From: Desulfomonilia bacterium
Lineage (GTDB): Bacteria > Desulfobacterota > Desulfomonilia > UBA1062
Reading direction: 5' to 3'
DNA: 64,000 nucleotides
Assembly: GCA_050014195.1 (NCBI GenBank)
Contig: JBEKDT010000004.1
Span: 128,001 to 192,000 of the forward strand
Both the position numbers and the translations under genes were made by a program. Positions 22,976 through 31,137 of this stretch are shown here, piece by piece (the stretch's first letter is position 1; the number at the start of each line of letters is the position of its first letter). The notes under the pieces are model-generated. The model saw only the letters and a program-made list of their open reading frames with translations, made no database searches and was not told the DNA's origin.

Positions 22976-24211
22976 CTATGCCCAGTTCTTCGAGGATGAC
23001 CATTCAATCGGATTTAACCTAGGCAACTTTTTTTTGTTTGTTTTCTGGTGACCCAGGATAAGAATTCTATCAGTCTTTGTGGCCTGTCCACGGGTGTGCT
23101 TCCAGATACGGCTTACCTTATGCTCAGATGGTACTTCATCAACTATAACTGCAATACGATGCCAATCAAGCTTGGATGCAATTTCAGCCCAGACACACTC
23201 AGCAAGATTGGTAATTTTACCAGTACTCTTCTCCATGACATCACCAAAGATTAGACAGAGATATCCATCATCTCGTACGGCCTCCTTAAGTTGCTCTAGA
23301 ACTACATTCATGAATGCAAGGTATTTTCTAAGAGAACTTGTTGAGATAAGCTTTTGATCTACATTCTTAGAATCCTGCTTAAGCATCCATAAGCGTATCC
23401 AATTATATTTTCCATAACGTATAACACTTAAATATGGGGGTGAAGTGAAGACCAGCTTAGCTGGATTATTCCGAAGATCTTTTGGAAAAGGATCTCTCAC
23501 ATCTTGTCTCCAGGCATGTCCTCGTGTCCCATCTTCATTTGGTAAGTGCATCCTAGCCAACTTCGATTCCATTAAATCAAAGACATCAATATAAGGTGGA
23601 ATCAGTCCATTGTCTTTGATGTATCGACGTACGTATCCTGGTGCCATTGAGAATGTGTTTGGCATACTAATCGAAAGACCTCTTGCTGGTCTTCCTGGCT
23701 TATAATTCGCATGCATGATTCCAAGCAGTAGAGCCAATAAGAAACGATCAGTACGATCAGTGCTATTAAGCGAATCACGTAACCATAAGAGTTGCCCAAG
23801 AACAATTGGGTGATAAAGCATTTGGATGTCATCTGGAGCCTCTGCGGGGTTACCAGGGCAACATGCCTTACGGAGTATATGAATTCGGTCAAGAGCCTCT
23901 TTTTGAGAAGGTGGGTTTACCTTTGCACCAGTTAATATGTAAGCTAATGGGTTTGCATCAGAACCAAAGCCAATGCGCCCTAGACGGCATGCCTCCATGG
24001 GGGTTGTACCTCTACCTGAGAATGGATCATAAACGATATCCCCTGCATCAGTCAGCCAGCGGATGAAAACATGTGGAATATGTGGCGGGAACATAGCAAA
24101 ATAAGAGCAAAGAGAGTGCAAGGGATGGCCCCAGCGTCTTGGTGCTATATGCCACTGTTGATTAATATGGCTGGTACATACTTTTAAACTTCGGGCGTAA
24201 TTCTCAGACAA
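22976..24211 (-). CDS. DNA amino-methyltransferase (N4-C/N6-A)
   Basis: Motif I DPFSGRGTT near the N-terminus and catalytic TSPPY later (alpha order); TTG start with GGAGG RBS. Confidence 0.88.
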   Translation of the reverse strand: MSENYARSLKVCTSHINQQWHIAPRRWGHPLHSLCSYFAMFPPHIPHVFIRWLTDAGDIVYDPFSGRGTTPMEACRLGRIGFGSDANPLAYILTGAKVNPPSQKEALDRIHILRKACCPGNPAEAPDDIQMLYHPIVLGQLLWLRDSLNSTDRTDRFLLALLLGIMHANYKPGRPARGLSISMPNTFSMAPGYVRRYIKDNGLIPPYIDVFDLMESKLARMHLPNEDGTRGHAWRQDVRDPFPKDLRNNPAKLVFTSPPYLSVIRYGKYNWIRLWMLKQDSKNVDQKLISTSSLRKYLAFMNVVLEQLKEAVRDDGYLCLIFGDVMEKSTGKITNLAECVWAEIASKLDWHRIAVIVDEVPSEHKVSRIWKHTRGQATKTDRILILGHQKTNKKKLPRLNPIEWSSSKNWA

Positions 24212-24374
24212 AATATGACCTCCATACCCTATGCTCCCAACACCATATATAAATTAAGACACATGTTTGGAGTGGCTGAACAGAAAATACATTAATGATC
24301 AGCATAGAAACCCCTCGTTCTATTGAATAACATTACATTTTTCTTTTACTCCGCCGCTAAATAAGCGTCAATGG

Positions 24375-24444
24375 GAGAAATTGGGGACGGGTTCACATTA
24401 AACTTACCCAACTTTTGAAATATGAACCCGTCCTCGATTTCTCT
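24375..24444. repeat. ~68-nt hairpin element D (REPIN/MITE-like), copy 1
   Basis: Arms gaaattggggacgggttca / tgaacccgtcctcgatttc; inverted copy with conserved loop at 26324-26392, partial copy at 29098-29148. Confidence 0.88.
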
Positions 24445-24447
24445 CCT

Positions 24448-24480
24448 CTTTCTTTCAGGCAGGGCCTTTGAACAGTTCGG
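24448..24480 (-). repeat. Relic copy of the enoyl-CoA hydratase 3' end
   Basis: 30/33 nt identical to 25345-25377 (ELFKGPA* vs ELFKDPA*). Confidence 0.85.
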
Positions 24481-24610
24481 AATTCCGGGGGAATTCCGGG
24501 GACACAATACTTAATTCCGCATAAAATACGGGGACACCATACTAGTTTTTCAGCAATAGATAAATTGGGGCAAGCAAAAATAAAACTGCCCTTTTTTCCT
24601 GTCTCCCTTT
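24481..24610. repeat. Cluster of GGGGACA-type REP-like half-sites
   Basis: aattccgggg, attccggggacacaatacttaattc, cggggacaccatac, cctgtctcccttt. Confidence 0.7.
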
Positions 24611-24652
24611 ATGAATGTTGATTTTTAATTAATAATTAATTATATATTCATT

Positions 24653-24940
24653 ATGATCAGTTTCTCCTGGGACCACCGGAAGAGTGTTGCCAACAGACAG
24701 AAGCATGGTGTGTCCTTTGAAGAAGCCAAGACAGTGTTCTACGACGAGCATGCTGTCAGATACTATGACCCGGATCATTCAGGGGATGAAGACCGGTTCA
24801 TCATGCTGGGGCTCAGCTTGCACTTGCGGACTTTGGTGGTGCACCACAGTTATAGACAGGACAATTCGGTCATCAGGATCATATCGGCAAGGAAGGCCAC
24901 CGCATCGGAGGAAGAAGCCTACTGGAAGGAGCGACCATGA
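24653..24940 (+). CDS. brnT: BrnT-family toxin
   Basis: FSWD..K...N.QKHGVSFEEA, IRIISARKAT. Confidence 0.93.
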   Translation: MISFSWDHRKSVANRQKHGVSFEEAKTVFYDEHAVRYYDPDHSGDEDRFIMLGLSLHLRTLVVHHSYRQDNSVIRIISARKATASEEEAYWKERP

Positions 24941-25167
24941 GAAAAGAATACGATTTCAGCAAAATGAAAGCCCAGAAGAACCCGTACATCAAGGATTTGA
25001 AGACCCAGATAACCATACGCCTCGATAGAGAAACGGTGGAGTATTTCAAGGCGCTGGCCAAGAAAACCGGCATGTCCTACCAGAACCTGATAAACCTATA
25101 CCTGAGGGAATGCGCCCAGGCAAAGATGGAGCCCACCATCAAGTTTCACACCTCAGCGGGGTCATGA
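24937..25167 (+). CDS. brnA: BrnA-family antitoxin
   Basis: MRKEYDFS, ITIRLD..VEYFK, YQNLINLYL; ATGA overlap with brnT. Confidence 0.9.
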   Translation: MRKEYDFSKMKAQKNPYIKDLKTQITIRLDRETVEYFKALAKKTGMSYQNLINLYLRECAQAKMEPTIKFHTSAGS

Positions 25168-25191
25168 GATCGGTAACGGCGTATCCTTGGG

Positions 25192-25282
25192 AGATAGGGG
25201 GCAGGTCTTGCTTTTTGCCTATTCCGGCAATTCCGGGGACAGTAGACTACTATTGAAAAAATGGGTCAGAGTCCATCTTCTC
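25192..25282. repeat. REP-like motif B copy 2, plus E-like and C half-sites
   Basis: caggtcttgctttttgcctattccg (cf. 7014-7038), aattccggggaca, atgggtcagagtccat (cf. 18545-18561). Confidence 0.75.
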
Positions 25283-25351
25283 CATATCAACCGTGTGCTT
25301 TTCCGAGAAGCTCATCCCTCTCCCTTTCCCCCGGTAAAACTCTCCTTTCTT

Positions 25352-26110
25352 TCATGCAGGGTCTTTGAACAGCTCGGCATAGATCAGCGCCTGGTTGCGG
25401 TTCTCCACACCCAGGGCCTGCTCCAGGCCGCCGATGTCCATATTGATGTTGATTGCCTCCTTGGTCAGGCGCAACCCTGCCGGGTTCTTACCGTTCATGT
25501 TCCTCGCAAATTCCAGTGCGGTGTCCATCAGAATGTCCCGCTCGACCACGCGGCTGACAAACCCGAGACTCATGGCCTCCTGGGCTGACATGAAATTGCC
25601 GGTAAGCATGAATTCATAGGCCCGGCCCGCCCCGATCATGCGGGGCAGGAAGTAGCTGCAGGCCATGTCAGCACCCCCGAAGCCGATATTGATGTAGGCT
25701 GCCGAGAACCGGGCGTCAGAGCTTATGATGCGGATATCAGATGACAGGGCGAAGCTGAACCCGATCCCAGCGGCAGCACCATGAACGATGCAGACGATGA
25801 CCTGCGGAGCCTGCCGCATCCTGAGCATCAGCTTGGCCATACGGACCTGCGCGTGATAGAACTGATGGGAGTTCATCTTATGCCGGATCTCCATGGCCTC
25901 ATTCATGTCGAGTCCCGCGCAGAAACCTTTCTCTCCGTTTCCCTTCAAGATGATCACGTGAGTGTCCACATCGTTTTCACGCTCGGACCAGAAATGCTCC
26001 AGCTCCATCATCATGTGCTGATTTACTGCATTGTACTTCTCCGGACGGTTAAGAGACAGGATTCCGATGCCCGGCTCGCATGTTTCGTATCCGATCGTTT
26101 CGTAGCGCAT
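25352..26110 (-). CDS. Enoyl-CoA hydratase/isomerase family protein
   Basis: LNRPEKYNA, FCAGLD, GAAAGIGFSFALSSDIRI; start moved to ATG 26110 (GGAGG RBS). Confidence 0.92.
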   Translation of the reverse strand: MRYETIGYETCEPGIGILSLNRPEKYNAVNQHMMMELEHFWSERENDVDTHVIILKGNGEKGFCAGLDMNEAMEIRHKMNSHQFYHAQVRMAKLMLRMRQAPQVIVCIVHGAAAGIGFSFALSSDIRIISSDARFSAAYINIGFGGADMACSYFLPRMIGAGRAYEFMLTGNFMSAQEAMSLGFVSRVVERDILMDTALEFARNMNGKNPAGLRLTKEAININMDIGGLEQALGVENRNQALIYAELFKDPA

Positions 26111-26323
26111 GCAGACAACCTCCCCCACCAGAAAATGCCTGTGCCGATCAATGTACTTACATCTGTAACAGAGTATATGCATTTTATAAACGAACAAAAA
26201 GAGGACCGATTTATTTTCCAGCTTTCCTGGGTCGTCCTCGGCCACGCAATTCTATCCTGATCCTCAGACGGGATTCACCTTCATCAATGAATTTTCTCGG
26301 ACAAATCAATTGACCTCCATCGC

Positions 26324-26392
26324 AGAAATCGGGAACGGGTTCATATTTCAAAAGTTTGGGGTAAGTCTTAATGTGAACCCGTCCCCGATTCC
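26324..26392. repeat. Hairpin element D, copy 2
   Basis: Reverse complement aligns with 24377-24442, including the loop. Confidence 0.88.
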
Positions 26393-26448
26393 ATAGGTTT
26401 GCTTTCTTGGTTAAGAGTTCACTTCACAGGCGGGTCGTGAACGCGTGA

Positions 26449-26562
26449 TTATTTTTTGGACAGCTTGCTAATCACGACAACCAGCAGGACCACCACCAGT
26501 ACGCCGATCACCATCCAGACCCACATCCCTCCGCCCATTCATCCGTATGTATTGTTCATCAT
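26449..26562 (-). pseudogene. Small single-TM peptide ORF with in-frame TGA
   Basis: MMNNTYG*MGGGMWVWMVIGVLVVVLLVVVISKLSKK; AAGGGG RBS; TGA at 26539-26541. Confidence 0.5.
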
Positions 26563-26778
26563 AAAGCCCCTTTCGTTGCACTGCGCCTGGCCCACCACCG
26601 CCGGGCCAACAAGAACGTGAGCGGAGGTAGCAGCGTCATTTGGAGTAGCGGCCACAGCCCCGCACCAAGCACGGACACAACGGGCATGCGCTCCGTGTAC
26701 GATCAGCGCCTGACGGCACGTCCAATCTTGCTGTCCTGCAAGATTGTGATCTTCGGCCTTTCCTGCCTTCGCCGCTCT

Positions 26779-28116
26779 TTACCGCACCTGTTTGAAACCA
26801 CTACCCGGCACAAAGCAGTACGGGCATTGCTCAGGCGGTTCATCTCCCAGGTGTACATAACCGCACATGGGGCATCGCCAGGCCTTGGTGCCCTGCATGG
26901 TATCGTTGAATTCGCCTTTTTCATCCTCCCATCTGAGGATGGGCAGGTCGCTCAACGAAGGCATGACCGGTTTATAGGAACTGAAGAGGTGCCCGGAGAG
27001 GATCAGGTGCTGGATCTCCGATGTGCCTTCATAGATGCGCAGCAGACGGATGTCCCGCATGAGCTTCTCCACGGGATACATCTTGGTGTAGCCATACCCG
27101 GCCATGATTTGGACGGCATCGTTCACCACCTCGAAGGCGGTCTCGGTGGCATAGAGCTTGGCGATGGAGGCTGTGGTTTTGGTGACAACTCCCTGATCCA
27201 CCTCACAGGCGGCTTTCCAGGTCAGGAGCCGGGCCGTCTCGATCTTCATAAACATCTCGGCCAGTTTGAACTGGATGGCCTGATTGTTAGCGATGGGGGT
27301 CCCGAAGGTGTGGCGTTTCTTGGCATAGTCCAGGGCAAACTCCATGGCCGAGCGGGCCGCTCCCACGCCGAAAGCCCCGATGGCAGGCCTGGTCTGGTCA
27401 AAGGTTTTCATGGCCAGGATAAATCCTTCGCCGGGTTGGGCCAGGATATTTTCCTTGGGCACCCGCACATCCTTGAACTGGATGCCAGTCGTGTTTGAAC
27501 AGCGCTGCCCCAGCTTGGGGATGGTTTTGCCAATGGATACACCTTTGCCCTTCAGGTCCACCACAAAGGCCGCAATGCCCTGATGACTCAGTTTAGGGTC
27601 CGTGGTGGCAAAGACGCTCATGTAATCCGCTATGCCCCCGTTGGTGATCCAGTACTTGGTCCCGTTGAGGATATAATCGTCACCATCTTTTTGGGCACGG
27701 CATCGCATGCCGGCCACATCGGAACCCATGGTCGGTTCCGAGGTACCGAAGCAGATGAGTTTGAACTGTTTGGCGATCTCGGGGAGGTAGCGCTGCTTGA
27801 TCTGGTCTTTGTCCGAGAGCAGGATCGGGGCATATCCCAGGGAATTATCGTATAACGAGGTGGCCAGTCCGGAACAGCCGGCGGCGAATTCCTCGATGGC
27901 GATAACCCCGGCCAGGAGCCCGAGCCCCGGCCCGCCATATGCTTTGGGGATATCGGCATTCATCAGGCCTTGATCGAAGGCCTTGCGGAGCAGGAACAGC
28001 GGGATTTCGCCGCGTTCGTCATAGTACCAGGCAATCGGGAGAATCTCATGAAGCATGAACTCACGTGCGGCTTTCTGAACGGCCTTCAGTTCCTCGGTGA
28101 TCGTAAAGTCCAACAT
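26779..28116 (-). CDS. Acyl-CoA dehydrogenase with C-terminal rubredoxin-like domain
   Basis: SEPTMGSD, NGTKYWITNG, IYEGTSEIQ; tail WRCPMCGYVH..PPEQCPYC. Confidence 0.93.
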   Translation of the reverse strand: MLDFTITEELKAVQKAAREFMLHEILPIAWYYDERGEIPLFLLRKAFDQGLMNADIPKAYGGPGLGLLAGVIAIEEFAAGCSGLATSLYDNSLGYAPILLSDKDQIKQRYLPEIAKQFKLICFGTSEPTMGSDVAGMRCRAQKDGDDYILNGTKYWITNGGIADYMSVFATTDPKLSHQGIAAFVVDLKGKGVSIGKTIPKLGQRCSNTTGIQFKDVRVPKENILAQPGEGFILAMKTFDQTRPAIGAFGVGAARSAMEFALDYAKKRHTFGTPIANNQAIQFKLAEMFMKIETARLLTWKAACEVDQGVVTKTTASIAKLYATETAFEVVNDAVQIMAGYGYTKMYPVEKLMRDIRLLRIYEGTSEIQHLILSGHLFSSYKPVMPSLSDLPILRWEDEKGEFNDTMQGTKAWRCPMCGYVHLGDEPPEQCPYCFVPGSGFKQVR

Positions 28117-28319
28117 AGCTTTTCTCCTTTGGGCCTAGAGGACACCCTGCCTCACAGCCATAACAAGATCATGACTGCCGCGATTCCCTCCCACAAGCTT
28201 GGGATTAATATAGTAACCAGCAGGCCTGTGGGAAGCAAGGGAGGTGGATATGTCCCTTGCCTTCCGAAACTATCTTCCTAATATAACTTGGACAAGCTCA
28301 CCACGAGAGGAGATCATGC

Positions 28320-28556
28320 ATGACAAAATCAACAAAACTGGCACTCTTCGGACATAGGCAATGCGGGTCCAAATTTTTTACGCATCTGAACGACGAAAAA
28401 ATGCTCCAGTATAAAGGCATGTGTCCGAATCCCAGCTGCAACCACTATGTAGAGCTCCTCCCCGAAGAGCTCTACACTTCGACCGACAAGGCACGCCGGG
28501 ATTACATCAAGAAAAAGACTAACGGCGAGCATGATGATATTTTCTGGCATATGTGA
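28320..28556 (+). CDS. Small hypothetical protein, HxxC/CPNPSC putative Zn ribbon (paralog 1)
   Basis: GAGGAG RBS; clear paralog at 48000-48233. Confidence 0.85.
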   Translation: MTKSTKLALFGHRQCGSKFFTHLNDEKMLQYKGMCPNPSCNHYVELLPEELYTSTDKARRDYIKKKTNGEHDDIFWHM

Positions 28557-28613
28557 AAGCGTGGACCATGGAGCGTAGCAGACCATCCGTCACGCCTATG
28601 TTTTTGGAGGGGA

Positions 28614-28660
28614 AACGGGGTCAGAGACGATTTTTATAAATCGACTCCGACCTTGTTTTT
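28614..28660. repeat. REP-like palindrome family C
   Basis: ggggtcagagacgatttttataaatcgactccgacc; near reverse complement of 43446-43484. Confidence 0.8.
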
Positions 28661-28796
28661 CACATCGCTATCCAAAAGACAGCACGGTAACCGTGCTTTC
28701 GGAAATATGGCCTGTCTCCTCTTCGTATCGAGGCTGGTATAATGACTCATGTAACTAACTGGGAAAAGAGGCTGGATTCATCCTGGAGGTAACTCT

Positions 28797-28961
28797 ATGT
28801 CCTTGATAATTTATCTCATCGGTTTTGCTTTTGTCATTGGCGGCATTGCGTGGGCCCTTATTGTCGCGAAATTGAGCGCCGTTTATGTGATGATTGCTGT
28901 CGTCATACTTGTCGGTGTCGGTATCTTAACCGGGGTGACCCGTACCCGCACTAAAGATTGA
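28797..28961 (+). CDS. 54-aa two-TM small membrane protein (below the ORF-track cutoff)
   Basis: GGAGG RBS; MSLIIYLIGFAFVIGGIAWALIVAKLSAVYVMIAVVILVGVGILTGVTRTRTKD. Confidence 0.75.
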   Translation: MSLIIYLIGFAFVIGGIAWALIVAKLSAVYVMIAVVILVGVGILTGVTRTRTKD

Positions 28962-29097
28962 TCCGGAATTATTCCCTTTCCTTGAGTTTTTATTTTGATG
29001 ACCGAACTCTGCGAACCAGGGGAAAGAGAGAGGCCGCCGGTGATTTCGGATGAAGAGCCGATGGTAGTGTACACCGAAAGCAGGTGAACGAATATGA

Positions 29098-29148
29098 AGA
29101 AATCGGGGATGGGTTCATATTTCAAAAGTTTGGTGTAAATTCTTAATG
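29098..29148. repeat. Hairpin element D, truncated copy 3
   Basis: Matches 26324-26373; right arm missing, runs directly into the GGAGG RBS of the next gene. Confidence 0.8.
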
Positions 29149-29156
29149 GAGGCTTC

Positions 29157-30539
29157 ATGGATCTCACACCCCTGTTCGAACCAAAAAGTATCGCTGTCAT
29201 TGGCGTTTCCCTCACGAATGATCTCAATCCCGCGAATATCATTTACTATAAAAACTATCTGCGCTATCCCGTGAAAGCCTACGGGGTGAACCCGCGCGCC
29301 GGGCTCCTTAAGGGTCAACAGGCATATTCAAGCATCAGGGATGTTCCTGAACAAATCGATCTGGCAATCATTGCCGCCCAGGCGGAAAGGGTACCCTCCA
29401 TCATGGAAGAATGCATTAAAGCCGGAGTTAAGGGGGCTGCCATCATCTCCGGAGGCTTTGCTGAAATCGGCAGGGTTGATCTTCAGGACCGGATTGTAGC
29501 CATTGCCAAAGAAGCCGGATTCCCTTTTATTGGCCCTAACTGTCTGGGCATTTACTCAGCATCGCGCATGGATACTTTTTTCCTGCCCTCGGAGCGGATC
29601 GACACACCCAAGAAAGGCAATGTTGCTTTAATCAGCCAGAGCGGTGGTGTGCTCGTAGATCAGATGATCCGTTTTTCATCCGAGGGTGTGGGAATGTCGC
29701 TCGGCATAAGTATTGGCAATAAGGCCTTCATCAAGGAAAAAGACCTCCTGGACTACCTTGCCGATAAGCAGGAAACCAAGGTTATTTCATTTTATGTTGA
29801 AGGTTTTGGTGCTGATGAGGGCCGGGAATTTATGGAAAAAGCTCAAAAAACCGGCAAACCGGTGATTGTTCTCAAATCCGGCAAGTCACCCGGAGGCAGT
29901 CGCGCCATAACCAGCCACACCGCATCCCTGGCAGGTGATTACACCGTGTTTTCTTCCGTGCTTGCACAATACGGTCTTGTCGAAGCCAGGAATATGCTGG
30001 AGCTTGTCTACTTCAGTCAATCTCTAAGCGCATACCAAGTATCTACCAAAGGCCGCGTCGGTATACTTACAATCAGCGGCGGCCATGGTGCATTGGCGAC
30101 TGATATGTGCATGGAGCTGGGCCTTACGGTACCCACCCTGCATGAGGTAGATCAGGAGGCAATCCGGCAGGGACTATCGCCAAGCATTCAGTCTATCGCT
30201 TCATGCATTAACCCGGTGGACCTGACAGGCAGTGCGGTTGATCAGGATATCGCGTCGGCTGCCATGACCATGTCCCTGCTCAAAGATATCGACTGCCTCA
30301 TCATCCTCATCCTGCCATACGCCCCCGGCATGTCCCAGGACCTTGGCGCCATCCTCGGTTCAGTTCCGAGAAGATCGAATATGCCGCTTATTGCTTATCT
30401 TCCCAGGCTTGATAAATACAGAATCCTCATCGAGGGTTTTGAAATGAATAATGTCCCGGTTGCCCACAGCATCGAAGGTGCTATACACATGGCGAAAGCA
30501 TTGATGAAATATAAGGGTGGAGCCGGAACCAAGGGGTAG
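29157..30539 (+). CDS. Acetate/acyl-CoA ligase (ADP-forming) alpha-type subunit
   Basis: LFEPKSIAVIG, GPNCLG, SQSGG, phospho-His SHTASLAG, NPVDLTG. Confidence 0.9.
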   Translation: MDLTPLFEPKSIAVIGVSLTNDLNPANIIYYKNYLRYPVKAYGVNPRAGLLKGQQAYSSIRDVPEQIDLAIIAAQAERVPSIMEECIKAGVKGAAIISGGFAEIGRVDLQDRIVAIAKEAGFPFIGPNCLGIYSASRMDTFFLPSERIDTPKKGNVALISQSGGVLVDQMIRFSSEGVGMSLGISIGNKAFIKEKDLLDYLADKQETKVISFYVEGFGADEGREFMEKAQKTGKPVIVLKSGKSPGGSRAITSHTASLAGDYTVFSSVLAQYGLVEARNMLELVYFSQSLSAYQVSTKGRVGILTISGGHGALATDMCMELGLTVPTLHEVDQEAIRQGLSPSIQSIASCINPVDLTGSAVDQDIASAAMTMSLLKDIDCLIILILPYAPGMSQDLGAILGSVPRRSNMPLIAYLPRLDKYRILIEGFEMNNVPVAHSIEGAIHMAKALMKYKGGAGTKG

Positions 30540-30600
30540 ATAGGGGAATTCTAAGGGACAGCGGTTGTTTATCTATTACCGAGATCAGGAGGAAAAGAGA

Positions 30601-30987
30601 ATGGACGAGCAATTCAAACAACACGGGGCGTTTAGTTGGTGTGAGCTGATGACAACGGACGTGGCGGCGGCGAAAGTCTTCTACACCAAGTTGTTCGGAT
30701 GGGACAGTGAAGCCATGTCAATGCCGGGGATGACCTACACCGTGGTCAAAGCTGGAGGTAAGGGAATTGGAGGGATCATGGCGATGCCGAAAGATGCACC
30801 CAAGGGGATGCCTCCGATGTGGGGTGCCTACGTCACCGTCGATGATGTTGACCAGACTGCGAAGACTGCGGAAAAACTTGGCGCCAAGATATTGATGCCG
30901 CCCACCGACATTCCAACCGTCGGTCGATTTTGTGTGATTCAAGATCCGCAGGGTGCTGTAATCAGCGCCATTACCTATAAAATGTAA
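30601..30987 (+). CDS. VOC/glyoxalase family protein
   Basis: GAFSWCELMTTD, FYTKLFGW, VGRFCVIQDPQGA; ATG 30601 after AGGAGG. Confidence 0.9.
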   Translation: MDEQFKQHGAFSWCELMTTDVAAAKVFYTKLFGWDSEAMSMPGMTYTVVKAGGKGIGGIMAMPKDAPKGMPPMWGAYVTVDDVDQTAKTAEKLGAKILMPPTDIPTVGRFCVIQDPQGAVISAITYKM

Positions 30988-31137
30988 CTGTCGCGCAGGG
31001 TCGGCTGAGACAGGAATAGAAGCAAGAGGGAATAATAAAGGGACAGTGCCTATTTTCCTTCCTTCTATTTCTGTCTCCCTTGGGGAAGCGCCCGAAGGAA
31101 AGAGAATTTTCCTGCTTTCTCTCTTATGATCCCCCCT

